A stretch of 47,498 nt of DNA from Ignavibacteriales bacterium CG07_land_8_20_14_0_80_59_12 (GTDB taxonomy: Bacteria; Bacteroidota; Ignavibacteria; 0-14-0-80-59-12): positions 1 to 47,498 of the forward strand of contig PEWR01000053.1 of the NCBI GenBank assembly GCA_002779395.1, in the 5' to 3' direction. This document shows, one piece after another, positions 46,856 through 47,498 of the stretch. The notes under the pieces were generated by a model. That model did no database searches. It was given only the letters and a program-made list of their open reading frames with translations, and was not told the origin of the DNA. Positions within the stretch are counted from its first letter, which is position 1. The number at the start of each line of letters is the position of its first letter. Made by a program: the position numbers and the translations under genes.

Positions 46856-47498
46856 GCTCCGAGCGGGCTGAGTGTCAGGAGGTAGAGGACCGCCATGCGG
46901 ATGGCGACGCCGTTCAGCACCTGGTCCAGGATGACGGAATGCTCGCTGTCCGCAACGTCGGCCGACAACTCGACGTCCCTGTTGATCGGACCCGGATGGA
47001 GGATGGTGACGGGGTGCCGCGCGCGCTCGAGCCTCGCGCGTGTGATGCCGAAATAGGTCCGGTACTCGCGGAGGGTTGGGATTCTTGCACCCGCCTCGCG
47101 CTCGAGCTGGATGCGCAGGACATTGAGGGCGTCGACATGCGGTATGAGGTCGTCGATCCTGTGGCAGACATCGACGCCGAGCATCTCGATACCGCGGGGG
47201 ATCATCGTCGGTGGGCCACACACGGTGACCTTCGCCCCCATCGTCCTGAGTCCGTAGATGTTCGAGAGCGCGACGCGGCTGTGCGCAATGTCGCCGACAA
47301 TGCCGATATGAAGCCCTTCGAGCGTGCCGAACTTCTCCTTGAGCGTGAGCATGTCGAGGAGCCCCTGCGTCGGGTGTTCGTGCGCGCCGTCGCCCGCGTT
47401 GAGGACATGCGAGTGGAGAACGCGTGCAAGGAAGTGCGGAGCGCCGGCGGCCGAGTGGCGCATGACCACCATGTCGACCTTCATCGCCTCGATGTTGC
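46852..47498 (-). CDS. pyrB: Aspartate carbamoyltransferase catalytic subunit (5' part outside window)
   Basis: NAGDGAHEHPTQGLLD, GDIAHSRV, LRIQLER, HPGPINR; directly upstream of pyrC. Confidence 0.96.
   Translation of the reverse strand, partial: NIEAMKVDMVVMRHSAAGAPHFLARVLHSHVLNAGDGAHEHPTQGLLDMLTLKEKFGTLEGLHIGIVGDIAHSRVALSNIYGLRTMGAKVTVCGPPTMIPRGIEMLGVDVCHRIDDLIPHVDALNVLRIQLEREAGARIPTLREYRTYFGITRARLERARHPVTILHPGPINRDVELSADVADSEHSVILDQVLNGVAIRMAVLYLLTLSPLGA

Noticed and set aside
46856-47221. N-terminal extension of the 557-aa dihydroorotase ORF
   Set aside because: It overlaps pyrB in another frame; the real start is at or after ATG 46855

Overview
Mostly minus-strand, GC-rich core genome, probably an Ignavibacteriota/Bacteroidota-like bacterium (inferred from a DUF4783 gene and recurrent TATATT -10 boxes). 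Two accessory zones interrupt it. (1) 1-3.56 kb: IS3 remnants, a frameshifted chagasin/I42 lipoprotein, a type IV AbiEi/nucleotidyltransferase toxin-antitoxin pair and gene scraps. (2) About 11.05-23.3 kb, an AT-richer island after tRNA-Ser(GCT): a mobA-fdhD-fdhE-fdhA-fdhB-porin formate dehydrogenase cluster between IS21 remnants, a miniature ISL3, small palindromic insertion elements, and a decayed integron-like unit (integrase pseudogene, hicB, truncated hicA joined to a radical SAM gene, attC-like site). Core genes: hpnCDE, an aminotransferase, split transketolase, DUF2461, PFOR, tRNA-Phe, Etf/acyl-CoA dehydrogenase, a FabL-like SDR, glmS, a methionine gamma-lyase-like enzyme, a very large histidine kinase and pyrB-pyrC. 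The leading candidate for a new system is an arginine synthetase operon (arcE-arcB-arcC) translationally coupled to a second PyrB-like carbamoyltransferase. That protein lacks two canonical ATCase active-site residues (Lys84-equivalent is Ser, Gln231-equivalent is Glu), while a canonical pyrB-pyrC lies elsewhere in the window. Other highlights are frame-preserving palindromic insertions inside genes, an orphan consensus promoter ahead of a structured non-coding stretch, and a Cys-type FDH that retains a SECIS-like hairpin. All family assignments come from motif recognition by eye; no searches were run.
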